Source: Promethearchaeia archaeon (GTDB lineage: Archaea; Asgardarchaeota; Lokiarchaeia; Sigyniarchaeales; SOKP01). Taken from it: DNA of 64,000 nucleotides. A program made the position numbers and the translations under genes. Positions within the stretch are counted from its first letter, which is position 1. Every line of letters begins with the position of its first letter. The DNA is taken from assembly GCA_046497275.1 (NCBI GenBank), contig JAWOFX010000088.1, positions 64,670-128,669 of the forward strand, written 5' to 3'. Shown here piece by piece: positions 8,243-18,285 of the stretch. The notes below the pieces were generated by a model, which did no database searches, had not been told where the DNA came from, and was given only the letters and a program-made list of their open reading frames with translations.

Positions 8243-9988
8243 ATGGCAAGTATTGAGAGTTCTACAAGAAAGAGTGTAAAGATTTCCAAGGGAATTTTAT
8301 ATATCTTCTTTACAGTTTACTTAATCGTTATAGGAGTATATTTAACAGGATTTATCGAATCCTATCAATCTACTAATCCCGGAGAATTGCCCGTTTTTAC
8401 TAATTATGTTCCTTTAGCTTGTTATTTGGGAGCAGCAGTTGTTGGAATTAGTTTTATTATTTTTATTCGCAATATAACAGCTCAAAAAACACGGGAACTG
8501 AAGTCTAAACGAAAATCACAAATCTCCCTTTTTAAACAAGCACTATTCATTATCATTTTTATATTTGCTTTTATCCCATTATTCTCTCCTATAATTGATC
8601 AAGGTGTAAATAATCATAATTTTTCAGTATATAATTCTGGGTGGAATGGTTCCTCAGATTTCAGACAAACGATGATTGATGAGGGTTATGATGTGATGTC
8701 AATCCAATCAAGTTTAAGTGCTACAGAGAGACTTGATAAGTCTATATGCTTAGTTTTATTGGGACCAAATCAATTTTATAATCCCCTTTTTGAAATTCCG
8801 TTTTTTGTTGATTTTTTTAATGGAGATAATGCGATCTTAATTTGTCACGATCATGGTTCAACTAGAGAATTATTATGGCAAATTCTCCTCTCAAGTTTAC
8901 TTAGTCCTAATGCTACTGAAATGATCCCAGTCACATTATTTGCGACTGGTTATCTAAGGGATAATGCATCTTATCTTACTAATCCAAAATTTCCAATAAT
9001 CACTCAATTTGAACCTCACCCCACTACTAATGGTATTGATGATGTTATTCTTTCTACAGCAACAAGCGCAGCGGGAGGTCCCCTTGTAGATATTTTTGGA
9101 TGGAATGTAATTGCTCGTGGTTCACCTTACAGTTTTGTAGACAGAAATGATGACGGTAGATTTAACTCTTCAGACGATTATTTAGATCTTTCTTTTATGG
9201 CAGCTGCATTACCCATCCCAGAGGAATATCTCAAATTACCACTCGGCGGAGATGAATTTACCCCTATCACTTTTATGACAAAAGATACGGGAAGTGCTCG
9301 TGTATTTGTGTCTTCAGATGCAAGTATGTGGAATAATGAACTAATCAATCTTCCCGGATATGATAATAAACAATTTGCAATTAATGTAATAGATTGGTTA
9401 ACTCGTCAAGATGAAGGAGACCCTAAGGATAATTGGATTGTAGCATTCGATGAAGCTCATATTCGTCCAGAACAATCGAGAGATTTAAGTTCTGCGGGAA
9501 TTTATGGCTATATTATGCAGTATATTATTCACTTAAGTACAAACCCAATAACTGCGTGGATTTATCCCTTGTTGGCAATTTATACTCTCAGACGTTATTT
9601 ACCGGGAGGTAAAAAGAAAAAAGAGAAGAAAAAAATAGAAGAAGAAGAAAAAAAGGAAGAGAAGATGAGATTTCGCACCTCTTCTTTTTTCGCAAAAAAA
9701 ATTGATTGGTATCGTGACAAAAGTCAATATAAAAAAGCTTTATTATTATTGAACCGTCGCTTAGAACGAAAGTTAAATGCCCAGTTAGGAGGGAAAAAAA
9801 TAACAACAGATAATGTAGTTAATCTAGTACGATCTAAAGAACCAAATATAAATAAAAGTAAACTTAAACGCATCTCCCGATTTATTGATAAAATAATATC
9901 CCTGAAATCAGGTAAGTTAAAAATTAAAGAAGAATCTGAATTCGAAGAATTTTTCTTTGAAATGGAATGGGTTGTTTCAAATATATAA
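8243..9988 (+). CDS. DUF4350-like membrane protein with Lys/Glu-rich cytoplasmic tail
   Basis: Three N-terminal TM helices and an extracellular ~330-aa domain beginning NFSVYNSGWNGSSDFRQTMIDEGYDV. A late TM is followed by a GGKKKKEKKKIEEEEKKEEK tail. Its position between the DUF4129-like and MoxR genes matches the known DUF4129/DUF4350/MoxR/DUF58 neighbourhood. The family call is an inference. Confidence 0.5.
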   Translation: MASIESSTRKSVKISKGILYIFFTVYLIVIGVYLTGFIESYQSTNPGELPVFTNYVPLACYLGAAVVGISFIIFIRNITAQKTRELKSKRKSQISLFKQALFIIIFIFAFIPLFSPIIDQGVNNHNFSVYNSGWNGSSDFRQTMIDEGYDVMSIQSSLSATERLDKSICLVLLGPNQFYNPLFEIPFFVDFFNGDNAILICHDHGSTRELLWQILLSSLLSPNATEMIPVTLFATGYLRDNASYLTNPKFPIITQFEPHPTTNGIDDVILSTATSAAGGPLVDIFGWNVIARGSPYSFVDRNDDGRFNSSDDYLDLSFMAAALPIPEEYLKLPLGGDEFTPITFMTKDTGSARVFVSSDASMWNNELINLPGYDNKQFAINVIDWLTRQDEGDPKDNWIVAFDEAHIRPEQSRDLSSAGIYGYIMQYIIHLSTNPITAWIYPLLAIYTLRRYLPGGKKKKEKKKIEEEEKKEEKMRFRTSSFFAKKIDWYRDKSQYKKALLLLNRRLERKLNAQLGGKKITTDNVVNLVRSKEPNINKSKLKRISRFIDKIISLKSGKLKIKEESEFEEFFFEMEWVVSNI

Positions 9989-10067
9989 TAATCATTTTAA
10001 AAAAATTTATAACAATTAATTACTATAATCAAAAAAAAGTAAAAAAAATAAAAAAGGTTTAAAAATT

Positions 10068-11048
10068 ATGACAGTACCGAGTAAAGGAGAGAAGTATGAC
10101 CACCCAGAATTGGATGTCACCCCCATTCGTGAGATTGCTCAAGATGTATTATCGGAAGTAAGTAGAGTGATCGTTGGATATGGGGAAACATTACAGCAAT
10201 TATTCATAGCTTTACTTGTAAATGGACATGTTCTTTTAGAAGGCGTTCCAGGTTTAGGAAAAACAGTGATGGCAAAAACTTTTGCTGAAACTCTTGGGAT
10301 AAGTTTTAGAAGAGTTCAATTTACACCAGATCTTTTACCCGCTGATATTACGGGAACTAAGATCTTTTCCCAAGAGAAAGGGAACTTTGTGCTTCAAAAA
10401 GGCCCACTATTCGCCAATTTAGTTCTTGCTGATGAAATAAATAGAAGTGCGCCTAAAACTCAAGCCGCGCTTCTTGAAGCTATGGCTGAGCGCCAAATCA
10501 CCATAGAAGGGGAAACATTAGCGCTTGAGAAACCCTTTATCGTAATAGCTACTGAAAATCCTATTGAGATGGAAGGCACATATCCGCTTCCGGAAGCACA
10601 GGTTGATAGATTCTTATTCAAACTCTGGTTAGATTATCCAGAACAAGATGAAGAAGTTGAGATTATGCGGCGGCAATTATCTGGCGATTTACCGTCTGTA
10701 CAACGAATTACGACTGGCTCTGAAATTTTAGCTGCCCAAAACTTAGTGAATCAAGTGTATATTGATGAGAGAATCCTTAAATATATCAGAGACCTTATTT
10801 TAAAGACCAGAAGTCATCCACAAGTACAAATGGGGTGTGGTCCACGTGCATCTTTAGTCTTGATGAAATGCTCGAAAGCACGAGCGGCTATCCTTGGACG
10901 AACATATGTAACACCTGATGATGTGCGTGCATTAACCGTTCCAGCCCTCAATCATAGACTTCTTTTAAAGCCGGAAGCTGAATTAGAAGGTCTTGATGTG
11001 AAAGCGGTTGTTAAGAATATACTTGAAGAAATTCCAATTCCGATATAA
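10068..11048 (+). CDS. moxR: MoxR-family AAA+ ATPase
   Basis: Walker A GVPGLGKT and Walker B LVLADEINRSAPKTQAALLEAM. Length of 326 aa and the C-terminal lid region are typical of MoxR (AAA_3). Confidence 0.9.
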   Translation: MTVPSKGEKYDHPELDVTPIREIAQDVLSEVSRVIVGYGETLQQLFIALLVNGHVLLEGVPGLGKTVMAKTFAETLGISFRRVQFTPDLLPADITGTKIFSQEKGNFVLQKGPLFANLVLADEINRSAPKTQAALLEAMAERQITIEGETLALEKPFIVIATENPIEMEGTYPLPEAQVDRFLFKLWLDYPEQDEEVEIMRRQLSGDLPSVQRITTGSEILAAQNLVNQVYIDERILKYIRDLILKTRSHPQVQMGCGPRASLVLMKCSKARAAILGRTYVTPDDVRALTVPALNHRLLLKPEAELEGLDVKAVVKNILEEIPIPI

Positions 11049-11116
11049 ATTGAGTATTTTTCTAGCGCTTGAATAAAGTGATATCACTATTAGAAAAGAA
11101 TGGAGGAAAATAAAAC

Positions 11117-12445
11117 TTGTTAGGTGGTAAAGGAAGAAGTTTAGTTATATTTAGCGTCTTTTTCCTTACAGCAGGATTTGCTTTTGTAAATTATTTCCTT
11201 GTATTTTTTGGAATAATTTTATTATTTAGTACAGTTGTGAGTCTTCCTCTTTTCTATTACCAAATGAACATTGAGGAATTGAAAGTTTCTCGAGAATTAG
11301 AAAAAGAGAAAGTCTTCAAAGATGATTTCGTTCATATTAAAGTAATTGTAGAAAATCGAGGCAAGAATAGTTTTGATTTTCTTGAAATTCGTGATTCTTA
11401 TAATCCTGAATTGTTTAGGCTTATTTTGGGAGAAAATTTCATAAGTACACGGATAGGTCCTAAAGAAATTATCAAGTTTTCCTATATTTTAGAACCAAAA
11501 GTACGAGGAACATATCCGATTGGTCCTTTAAGTGTGACAGTAAAAGATAGACTTGGATTTAATTCTGAAGAAAGGATAGTTCCAGAGAGTGTAACTGATA
11601 TTTTGATTTATCCTCCTTATGAAGATATAAAAAGAATTGAGATATTAGGTTCAAAACGTTCTCTTCAGCTAAACTATGGTATTCAAAGATCCAAACAAAA
11701 AGGATTGGGATCTGAGTTTTATGGAATGAGAAAATATGTGTTTGGAGATCAATTTCGATTAATCGATTGGAAAGCGAGTGCACGAACTCAAAAACTCATT
11801 GTCCGAGAATTTGAATCAGAACGAGATATAACCGTGATGATATTGGTTGATTCTTCGAATTCTATGGCAGGTGGCGCAATTGACAACACAAAATTCGAAT
11901 ATTCCATTAGAGCGTGTATGTTATTAACTAAAATTGCTCTTACACGCCGAGATAGTGTAGGTGTGTATACATTTTCAGATAAAAAGAACCTCCGCTTTTT
12001 AAAACCTGGAAGCGGTGATGATCATTTCTATCGCATTTTGGATTTTGTTGCGAGAGTAAAACCAGAAGGAAAATGTAAGATGGTAGAAGCACTTGATTAT
12101 TTCAATCGGAGGTTTCAAAAAAGAAGTTTAATTTTTCTAATTTCAGATTTGGAATCAGATATTAAAGAGATCCGACAGGCATTGAAGAAATTGGTTCCAT
12201 TTGATCACTCTGTGATTATTATTAATCCATTCTCTCCATGGTTTGAGATTCATGAAGTTGACTTATCAACAACAGATAAAGCATTAGCAGAAGCAATCGC
12301 AGAGGAGATGATGGAGCACATATTAAAAATCAGACAAGAAGTACGTAATATGGGTATGAATGTTATCACAGTTGGCCCGGATGATATGATGAATCAAGTA
12401 ATCGCTAATTATCTTGAAGCTAAGAAAAAGGGTAAAGCCTATTGA
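11117..12445 (+). CDS. DUF58 family protein (vWA-like), MoxR partner
   Basis: Two N-terminal TM helices, the signature YVFGDQFRLIDWKASARTQKLIVREFESE, and the vWA/MIDAS-like ILVDSSNSM. The track gives a TTG start. Confidence 0.85.
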   Translation: MLGGKGRSLVIFSVFFLTAGFAFVNYFLVFFGIILLFSTVVSLPLFYYQMNIEELKVSRELEKEKVFKDDFVHIKVIVENRGKNSFDFLEIRDSYNPELFRLILGENFISTRIGPKEIIKFSYILEPKVRGTYPIGPLSVTVKDRLGFNSEERIVPESVTDILIYPPYEDIKRIEILGSKRSLQLNYGIQRSKQKGLGSEFYGMRKYVFGDQFRLIDWKASARTQKLIVREFESERDITVMILVDSSNSMAGGAIDNTKFEYSIRACMLLTKIALTRRDSVGVYTFSDKKNLRFLKPGSGDDHFYRILDFVARVKPEGKCKMVEALDYFNRRFQKRSLIFLISDLESDIKEIRQALKKLVPFDHSVIIINPFSPWFEIHEVDLSTTDKALAEAIAEEMMEHILKIRQEVRNMGMNVITVGPDDMMNQVIANYLEAKKKGKAY

Positions 12446-12457
12446 GGTGAAAAAAAA

Positions 12458-13939
12458 ATGAAACGCTATTATCTCACAATATTGAGGATTTTAAATGCTC
12501 TTTTATTTGTATGGATTATATTCATTTTTCTTTCATTATTTGACTTTAGCGCAGTCTTAACAACCTCCGATAATGAATTAGTCATTTTAGATGTGATCTT
12601 ATCTATCAAGAATCTCATAAGTTATGGCTTGTATTTTATTTTATATTTAATAGCTTATGGGATCGCCTTCATTATGGCGGGTTTATTCTCACCTTTTGCA
12701 TTTTTTAATCTGAATTATACACTAACTTTTATTCAGCAATTCTTTAAAAATTACTTAAGTGTATGGTTTTCTTTCCCCGGAGGGGCAGCTCCGGAATTAT
12801 TTCAAGTTCCTCCCCTAATGTTGCAAGAATTATTACTTTTTACAGAAGATTTTTATCTCCTTATTTTCCAAATTCTCTTCATAATCGCAATAATTTATCT
12901 AATTAGGGGAATCATTTCAAGTGATCCTAAAATTAACATGAGGGCTTTAGGATGTTTAATCTTAATGATTGTCATTCCTCTCATAATTTTTGGATTTAGA
13001 GATATGTTAGCATTGTTTAATTTGGTAGAACCATTTAATTCTCTTGGTATAATAAATTTAAACGAGTTGGCAGATCCTTTAAGTCCATTATTTGATAATC
13101 TCCCTATTGACAACTTTTTTGCATTCCTAGCAAGTCCTGTGGCCTTATTCGCTATTTTTAGCTATTTATATTTGGAACTTGCATTCCAAATAAATTATAT
13201 AGACACAGTAACACGACCTTCATTAGAAAGAAGTGATAGGTTGGAAGCTCAGTTAAATTTACTAAGAAAAGAAGCGGGTCATATTACTGCAAACATTGAT
13301 AAAATAAAAGAAGAGGCTAAGAAGAAAAAAGAAGAATTAGGGATTGAAAGAGAATCTATCGGAAAATTTTTGACTCAAAAAGACAAAAAATTTTCATATG
13401 TAAAAGAAATGATTGAAAAAAGAAAATTAGAGTCTGAAGAAAAGAAACTGGTGCGCGCAGCTTCAAAAACAAGAAGATTGGGAAGATATATAGAAAGGTT
13501 ATTTAGAGAGGATTCTGAGGCAGAAGATACAATTACTGCAAAATCCTCGGCACCTAGAGCAAGAAACCTAGCCATTTCAACAATATCAAATGCAGCATTT
13601 AGATTAATTATGTTAATTTTAATCAGTTTTATTATAATACATCCGAAATGGTTTTTCAAAAATGTCTTTCAATTACCTCCAGCAATTACAGAAAGTGTCG
13701 CTACATTAAGTCCCGAAATAATTCTTATTCTATTATTACCAATCATTTTATTATTTCCAGTAATTGGTAAAATTATCTCTTATATAAAACATAGAACTCT
13801 TGTGTTGAGATTAAAGCAAGAGGGAAAAATTAAAGAAATACTCGCTTCAGTGGGTGATTATGTGAAGAAAGAAGAGATACCAGAAGACCAGACTGAAGAA
13901 GAAATACCTTTTTCGGAAATTGCGACAGAAGCTACATAA
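12458..13939 (+). CDS. Polytopic membrane protein with central cytoplasmic coiled-coil (last gene of the MoxR module)
   Basis: 493 aa. Multiple hydrophobic helices flank a K/E-rich segment (aa ~250-350). The start lies 12 nt after the DUF58 stop and is preceded by GAGGTG. No family recognised. Confidence 0.55.
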   Translation: MKRYYLTILRILNALLFVWIIFIFLSLFDFSAVLTTSDNELVILDVILSIKNLISYGLYFILYLIAYGIAFIMAGLFSPFAFFNLNYTLTFIQQFFKNYLSVWFSFPGGAAPELFQVPPLMLQELLLFTEDFYLLIFQILFIIAIIYLIRGIISSDPKINMRALGCLILMIVIPLIIFGFRDMLALFNLVEPFNSLGIINLNELADPLSPLFDNLPIDNFFAFLASPVALFAIFSYLYLELAFQINYIDTVTRPSLERSDRLEAQLNLLRKEAGHITANIDKIKEEAKKKKEELGIERESIGKFLTQKDKKFSYVKEMIEKRKLESEEKKLVRAASKTRRLGRYIERLFREDSEAEDTITAKSSAPRARNLAISTISNAAFRLIMLILISFIIIHPKWFFKNVFQLPPAITESVATLSPEIILILLLPIILLFPVIGKIISYIKHRTLVLRLKQEGKIKEILASVGDYVKKEEIPEDQTEEEIPFSEIATEAT

Positions 13940-13953
13940 ATAAAATAAAAAAT

Positions 13954-14883
13954 CTATAATTCTAACATAAATCTAGCTAATTCCTTTTTTCTCTGAAGAT
14001 TATTCATTAGAGTATTTGTTATAAAAACATTTATTCCTAAATCTTGAATCCTAGATTTCAGTTCTCTATCTTTATTATCAATAATGAAATTTCCTAAAAA
14101 CGATTGATAATATTTTGCTACTCCGAAACAAGAAACTTCCAAGTTTGCCCATTTTAATAATTTATCTGCTGGACCTTTAACAGTTTCTCCAGCAATAATA
14201 GGGCTAATTCCATAAACCTTTTCTTTTACTTTACTTAGAGCTTCCTTTATTCCATTTACCTTTAATATTGTTCCAATGGAAACTATTGGGTTGGAGGGAC
14301 AAATGATAATTCTCTTTGCTCTTTTTATTAAATCTAAAGAAATATCAATAGGATTTGCATTCTTTATCCCTTTAAATTCCACATCTAGAATTTTTGGATT
14401 ACATCCGTATTTTATATAATATTCTTCAAAATGAATAAGTCCTACATTTGTTTTGATATATGTTTGTACCTTTTCATTACACATAGGCATTATTTTCGCT
14501 TCTACATCTAACTTATGACAAATTTTTTCAGTTATTTCTGATTTAGAAAATCCTTCAGAAAAGAGGTCGCTTCTATAGATATGAGTAGCTAAATCCTTAT
14601 CACCCGCATTAAACCATGAAATATCATAAAATTTGGATAATTCCTTTAAACAATGATAACTCTCATTTTGAAACCCCCAGCCTTTCTCTCTATCAATGAC
14701 ATTAGCTAAAGTATAAGTAATTATATCTAAATCCGGACATATATAAAGTCCGAATAACTTTATATCATCGGCTGTATTTACTATGACTTTGATCCTTTTT
14801 TGATCGATTATATGAGCCAATCCATCAATAAATTTAGCCGCACCTACACCTCCAGCTAATAAGAGATAAAAATCATCATTCAT
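13954..14883 (-). CDS. cofD: 2-phospho-L-lactate transferase (F420 biosynthesis)
   Basis: LLAGGVGAAKFIDGL N-terminus, VIVNTADD, CPDLD, WFNAGDKDLATH, ICPSNPIVSIGTIL and SPIIAGETVKGPA are collinear with archaeal CofD. Confidence 0.85.
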   Translation of the reverse strand: MNDDFYLLLAGGVGAAKFIDGLAHIIDQKRIKVIVNTADDIKLFGLYICPDLDIITYTLANVIDREKGWGFQNESYHCLKELSKFYDISWFNAGDKDLATHIYRSDLFSEGFSKSEITEKICHKLDVEAKIMPMCNEKVQTYIKTNVGLIHFEEYYIKYGCNPKILDVEFKGIKNANPIDISLDLIKRAKRIIICPSNPIVSIGTILKVNGIKEALSKVKEKVYGISPIIAGETVKGPADKLLKWANLEVSCFGVAKYYQSFLGNFIIDNKDRELKSRIQDLGINVFITNTLMNNLQRKKELARFMLEL

Positions 14884-16300
14884 TTAAATTTTCACTTAAT
14901 TTGTATATTATTTCTTCTAAATTCTTACGTTTGGGTCGTTTTTGTAATTCTTTGGGATATCCTACAGTAATAAAGGCCATAGGATCAAACTCTTTAGGGA
15001 GTTTAAGTATTCTTTTAACTTGCTTTTTTGCAAATAAGGGAGCACAGTACCAAGAACCAGCTAAACCTTCAGATTCCATTGCTAATAGTAAATATATCGC
15101 AGATGTACTTATGCTTTGAACACCTAATAAATATTCATTTTGTAATCTTTTTTTATCAGGATAACTTTCCAAATCTGATTTATCTAAACATAATAATATT
15201 AAGATTGGAGCTTTTAGAAAACACTTTTTTGTTTTATCTATTTTATTATTGATAAATTTGGTAGATTTCCCATCTCTGCTTAAATCTTCCCTTAATTTTT
15301 CATTCATTTTATCAATTAAAATTTTTCTTGTTTTCCCTCTCTCTAAAACAATATATCTCCAGAATTGTCCATTATGAGCACTGGGAGCCCATCGAGAAAG
15401 ATCGATACATTTTTTTACTAAATCTATATTAACTGGTTTCTCTAAAAAATCTAATTTATAACTTCTTCTATTCATTAAGATTTTTTTTATATCTTCATTA
15501 TTTGCTTTCCTAAAAAGATCCTTACTCTTTTCTCTTAGAATTGAGTTAATTGAAACATCCTCTTTAATCTTATAATTATATCCCTTTATCAAGACAATGG
15601 GTATTGCTTCATCTGATTCTCCCATAACTAATTGAGCTGCAGCTGCAAGACTGTCTATTTGTCCTATTATAGTGGTTTTTAGCTCTTTTTCATACAAATC
15701 TTTTTCCCCTCTCTTATCTAATATGGGGGACATTCCGGATACACCAATAGCAGTCCCCACAGATCCAATCCTAAAAGATCTTCCAAAGGAATCAGAAATA
15801 ATTACTGCTAAATTTTTATTAGTTTTATTTTGGATATAGTGTCTAATTTTTCTTGCCTCATTGTCTGGATCATTGGGTAGGAGAGAGATCTTGTTATTTC
15901 CTTCCACATTGGATTTATCAATCCCAGCATCAGCACAAACAAAACCATGTTTCGTTTCGGTGATAAGGACATGTTCTGATTTTATTATTCTGTTTGATTC
16001 ATCGAGTATTGCTTGTATTAGTTCTGGATTCTTGATGGGTAAATTAGCCCTTTTGCTTTTTTTTTTGATACTATGATAAATATCAAATGCTCTTTCACTT
16101 GGGTGTATTTTATTTAAATCTTTTATTAAACCAAGACTTTTTGACACAATTATTTGCGCAATGACTAAAATATCTCCATTATCTAGAAAAACCTCATTTT
16201 TAGTTAAGCCTTCTATAATAAGCTCTGCAATATTATCCCCCTCTTTAATTAAGGGAATACCAGTGATTCCAATTAACTCAATACTATTTTTTTTTTGCAT
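14876..16300 (-). CDS. cofE: F420-0:gamma-glutamyl ligase fused to a C-terminal nitroreductase-like domain (FbiB-like architecture)
   Basis: The N-terminal ~265 aa are CofE-like (GIPLIKEGDNIAELI, ITETKHGFVCADAGID, AVIISDSFGRSFRIG). The C-terminal ~205 aa are nitroreductase-like (MNRRSYKLDF, WAPSAHNGQFWRYIVL). The gene overlaps cofD by 8 nt. Confidence 0.8.
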   Translation of the reverse strand: MQKKNSIELIGITGIPLIKEGDNIAELIIEGLTKNEVFLDNGDILVIAQIIVSKSLGLIKDLNKIHPSERAFDIYHSIKKKSKRANLPIKNPELIQAILDESNRIIKSEHVLITETKHGFVCADAGIDKSNVEGNNKISLLPNDPDNEARKIRHYIQNKTNKNLAVIISDSFGRSFRIGSVGTAIGVSGMSPILDKRGEKDLYEKELKTTIIGQIDSLAAAAQLVMGESDEAIPIVLIKGYNYKIKEDVSINSILREKSKDLFRKANNEDIKKILMNRRSYKLDFLEKPVNIDLVKKCIDLSRWAPSAHNGQFWRYIVLERGKTRKILIDKMNEKLREDLSRDGKSTKFINNKIDKTKKCFLKAPILILLCLDKSDLESYPDKKRLQNEYLLGVQSISTSAIYLLLAMESEGLAGSWYCAPLFAKKQVKRILKLPKEFDPMAFITVGYPKELQKRPKRKNLEEIIYKLSENLNE

Positions 16301-16449
16301 ATCATTATTAAATTTTAAAATTAAGGTTTGATAAAATTATGAATTAAATCATCTAAAATAATAGCATATTTTAAGGCAAAATGATTCTTTTCACAATTTT
16401 CTTTAAAAAGATTTATTTTTTTCATGAAAAAATCTTTCTTTAATAATTC

Positions 16450-17505
16450 TTAAATTCTTAAGTATTTATTTAGTTTTTTTCTTTTCATTTGGGCTTTCTC
16501 CTCATAATAGTCAGGTATAGCACAACAAGCAGAATAATATTTCAATTTCATCTCTGGAAAATTATTGTTTATCCATTTCAAAGTTTTTCTCGAAGGCATT
16601 TCAATTCGAGTTATTCCTGCTAAAATTGCCTTCTTCTCAATATTTTCACGTATTTTACCTCTTGGTCTCATGCAACCTAATGAAATTTCTTTATTGGGAA
16701 ATATGAAACGTGTTAATGCAATTATTTTTGCAATATCATACTTACTAGGGGTTTTGAATTTTTTTTTTGAATTTTTGGGAGGAATAAGAGCAATTAAGAC
16801 GATTATTGAGGGGTCTAAACCTATTTTTTTAATAAACCTAATACAATCTAATTCTTTACTAATATTTCCGTAATGTAGACCTACACAGATATGAGGAATA
16901 ACGTTTAAATTATATCTTTGAAATATTTTAACTGCTTCTTTATAATCCTCTGGTTTTTTATTTAGGTGATAAATATTTTGAATAATTTCGGGATCAATAT
17001 TGATATCAAATGAAATTATATCCACCTGAGCTTCTACTAATTTCTTAGCTGTCAGATCATTTAATAATCCGGTATGTATATTTATTATCAAGTCTGTTTC
17101 TTTTTTGATTTTTTTAATCGTATCAAGAAAGTCCAATAAAGGCACGGATCCGTCTTTCAAACATCCACCTGATATTAATGCTCCAACGCCTCCCTTTTTA
17201 TCATGATTCTTTAAATATTCATATAGTTTATCATTTGTGGTTAGACCTTTCATTCCTCTCAAATACTTTTTATTACAATGCTCACAATTTAATTCACAGT
17301 AATCTCCAGTGATACTTATAGCTGGATATCTATCATTTGGCACATAAACTTTTAAAAGATCCCCAAAATATTTTCTTTTCTTTTCTAAAGCAATTTCCAA
17401 AAATGGGTCAACTAATTCATCTTGAATTTTTATAAATTCTGAAAAATCTCTCCAAGATGCTTCATTTCGCTGAATTTTTGATATCAAATCTTCATTATTA
17501 TTCAT
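16450..17505 (-). CDS. Radical SAM protein, candidate subunit of the archaeal two-component lipoyl synthase (LipS1/LipS2 type)
   Basis: CELNCEHC (Cx3Cx2C) radical-SAM motif. BioB/LipA-like size of 351 aa. Overlaps the lplA-like gene by 8 nt. Confidence 0.55.
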   Translation of the reverse strand: MNNNEDLISKIQRNEASWRDFSEFIKIQDELVDPFLEIALEKKRKYFGDLLKVYVPNDRYPAISITGDYCELNCEHCNKKYLRGMKGLTTNDKLYEYLKNHDKKGGVGALISGGCLKDGSVPLLDFLDTIKKIKKETDLIINIHTGLLNDLTAKKLVEAQVDIISFDINIDPEIIQNIYHLNKKPEDYKEAVKIFQRYNLNVIPHICVGLHYGNISKELDCIRFIKKIGLDPSIIVLIALIPPKNSKKKFKTPSKYDIAKIIALTRFIFPNKEISLGCMRPRGKIRENIEKKAILAGITRIEMPSRKTLKWINNNFPEMKLKYYSACCAIPDYYEEKAQMKRKKLNKYLRI

Positions 17506-18277
17506 ATTTTCTCAACCATTTATCTTGATTATATTTCTCTGCAACGAGTTTTTTCGCCAAATTTAACTCATAATCAGAAAAATCTCCTTCTTGAAGATCA
17601 ATTTGGAATATTTTTTCAAACCCATTTTTTAAGAATTTTATAAATTTCAATTCTTCATAATTTTGAATTTTATCTTGAATTCCTACACATTTGGCTCTTA
17701 CAGATCTCACCATTTTGTTCTTAGAAACATTAGGAGGAGTTTTTAACACAGAATACATCAATTCGGGATCAATTTTTAATAATATCGTTCCATGCTGAAG
17801 TAAATAACCCTTTCTCCTTGCTTGAGCGTTTCCTGAAAATTTTTTACCATCTAAAAATATTGCTGGACAATGAATAATACCTTTTTCTGATTCTAATCCG
17901 TACATGTTTAAAGCTTCAATAATCCCTTGATTTATAAGTTCGAATTGTTCCAAAACTTTATAAGCATTAAGATTTTTTAAAAATCTAATTGAACACACAA
18001 TAGAATATGTTATCTCTCTCTTAGAATCATGAAAGACAGCTCCCCCTCCAGTAATTCTTCTCACAATATTAAAACCCCTTTTATTACAAAAATCCTCATC
18101 CACTTCATCTTTAAGACTTTGATTTCTTCCAATGGAGGCGGTCGATGGATTCCATTTATAAAACCTAATTGTATAGGGGGATTTTTTTTGAATTATTGCT
18201 TCTAAAATCGCTTCATCTAAAGCCATATTCCACAAACCATTTCTAATTTTTAACGGAATAAATCTCCATTGTTTCAT
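17498..18277 (-). CDS. lplA: Lipoate-protein ligase A, catalytic domain only
   Basis: RRITGGGAVFHDSKREITYS and GKKFSGNAQ (catalytic Lys) motifs. At 259 aa it matches the archaeal LplA-N type. Confidence 0.8.
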   Translation of the reverse strand: MKQWRFIPLKIRNGLWNMALDEAILEAIIQKKSPYTIRFYKWNPSTASIGRNQSLKDEVDEDFCNKRGFNIVRRITGGGAVFHDSKREITYSIVCSIRFLKNLNAYKVLEQFELINQGIIEALNMYGLESEKGIIHCPAIFLDGKKFSGNAQARRKGYLLQHGTILLKIDPELMYSVLKTPPNVSKNKMVRSVRAKCVGIQDKIQNYEELKFIKFLKNGFEKIFQIDLQEGDFSDYELNLAKKLVAEKYNQDKWLRKYE

Positions 18278-18285
18278 TGTTATTC

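Noticed and set aside
9611-9665. ~55-nt almost pure polypurine tract
   Set aside because: It simply encodes the KKKKEKKKIEEEEKKEEK tail of the DUF4350-like protein. I have no evidence for a separate DNA-level function.
16321-16425. 34-codon minus-strand ORF (MKKINLFKENCEKNHFALKYAIILDDLIHNFIKP) between the lipS-type gene and cofE
   Set aside because: It is too short and featureless to call. It is probably just the spacer and promoter region, though conservation could be checked.
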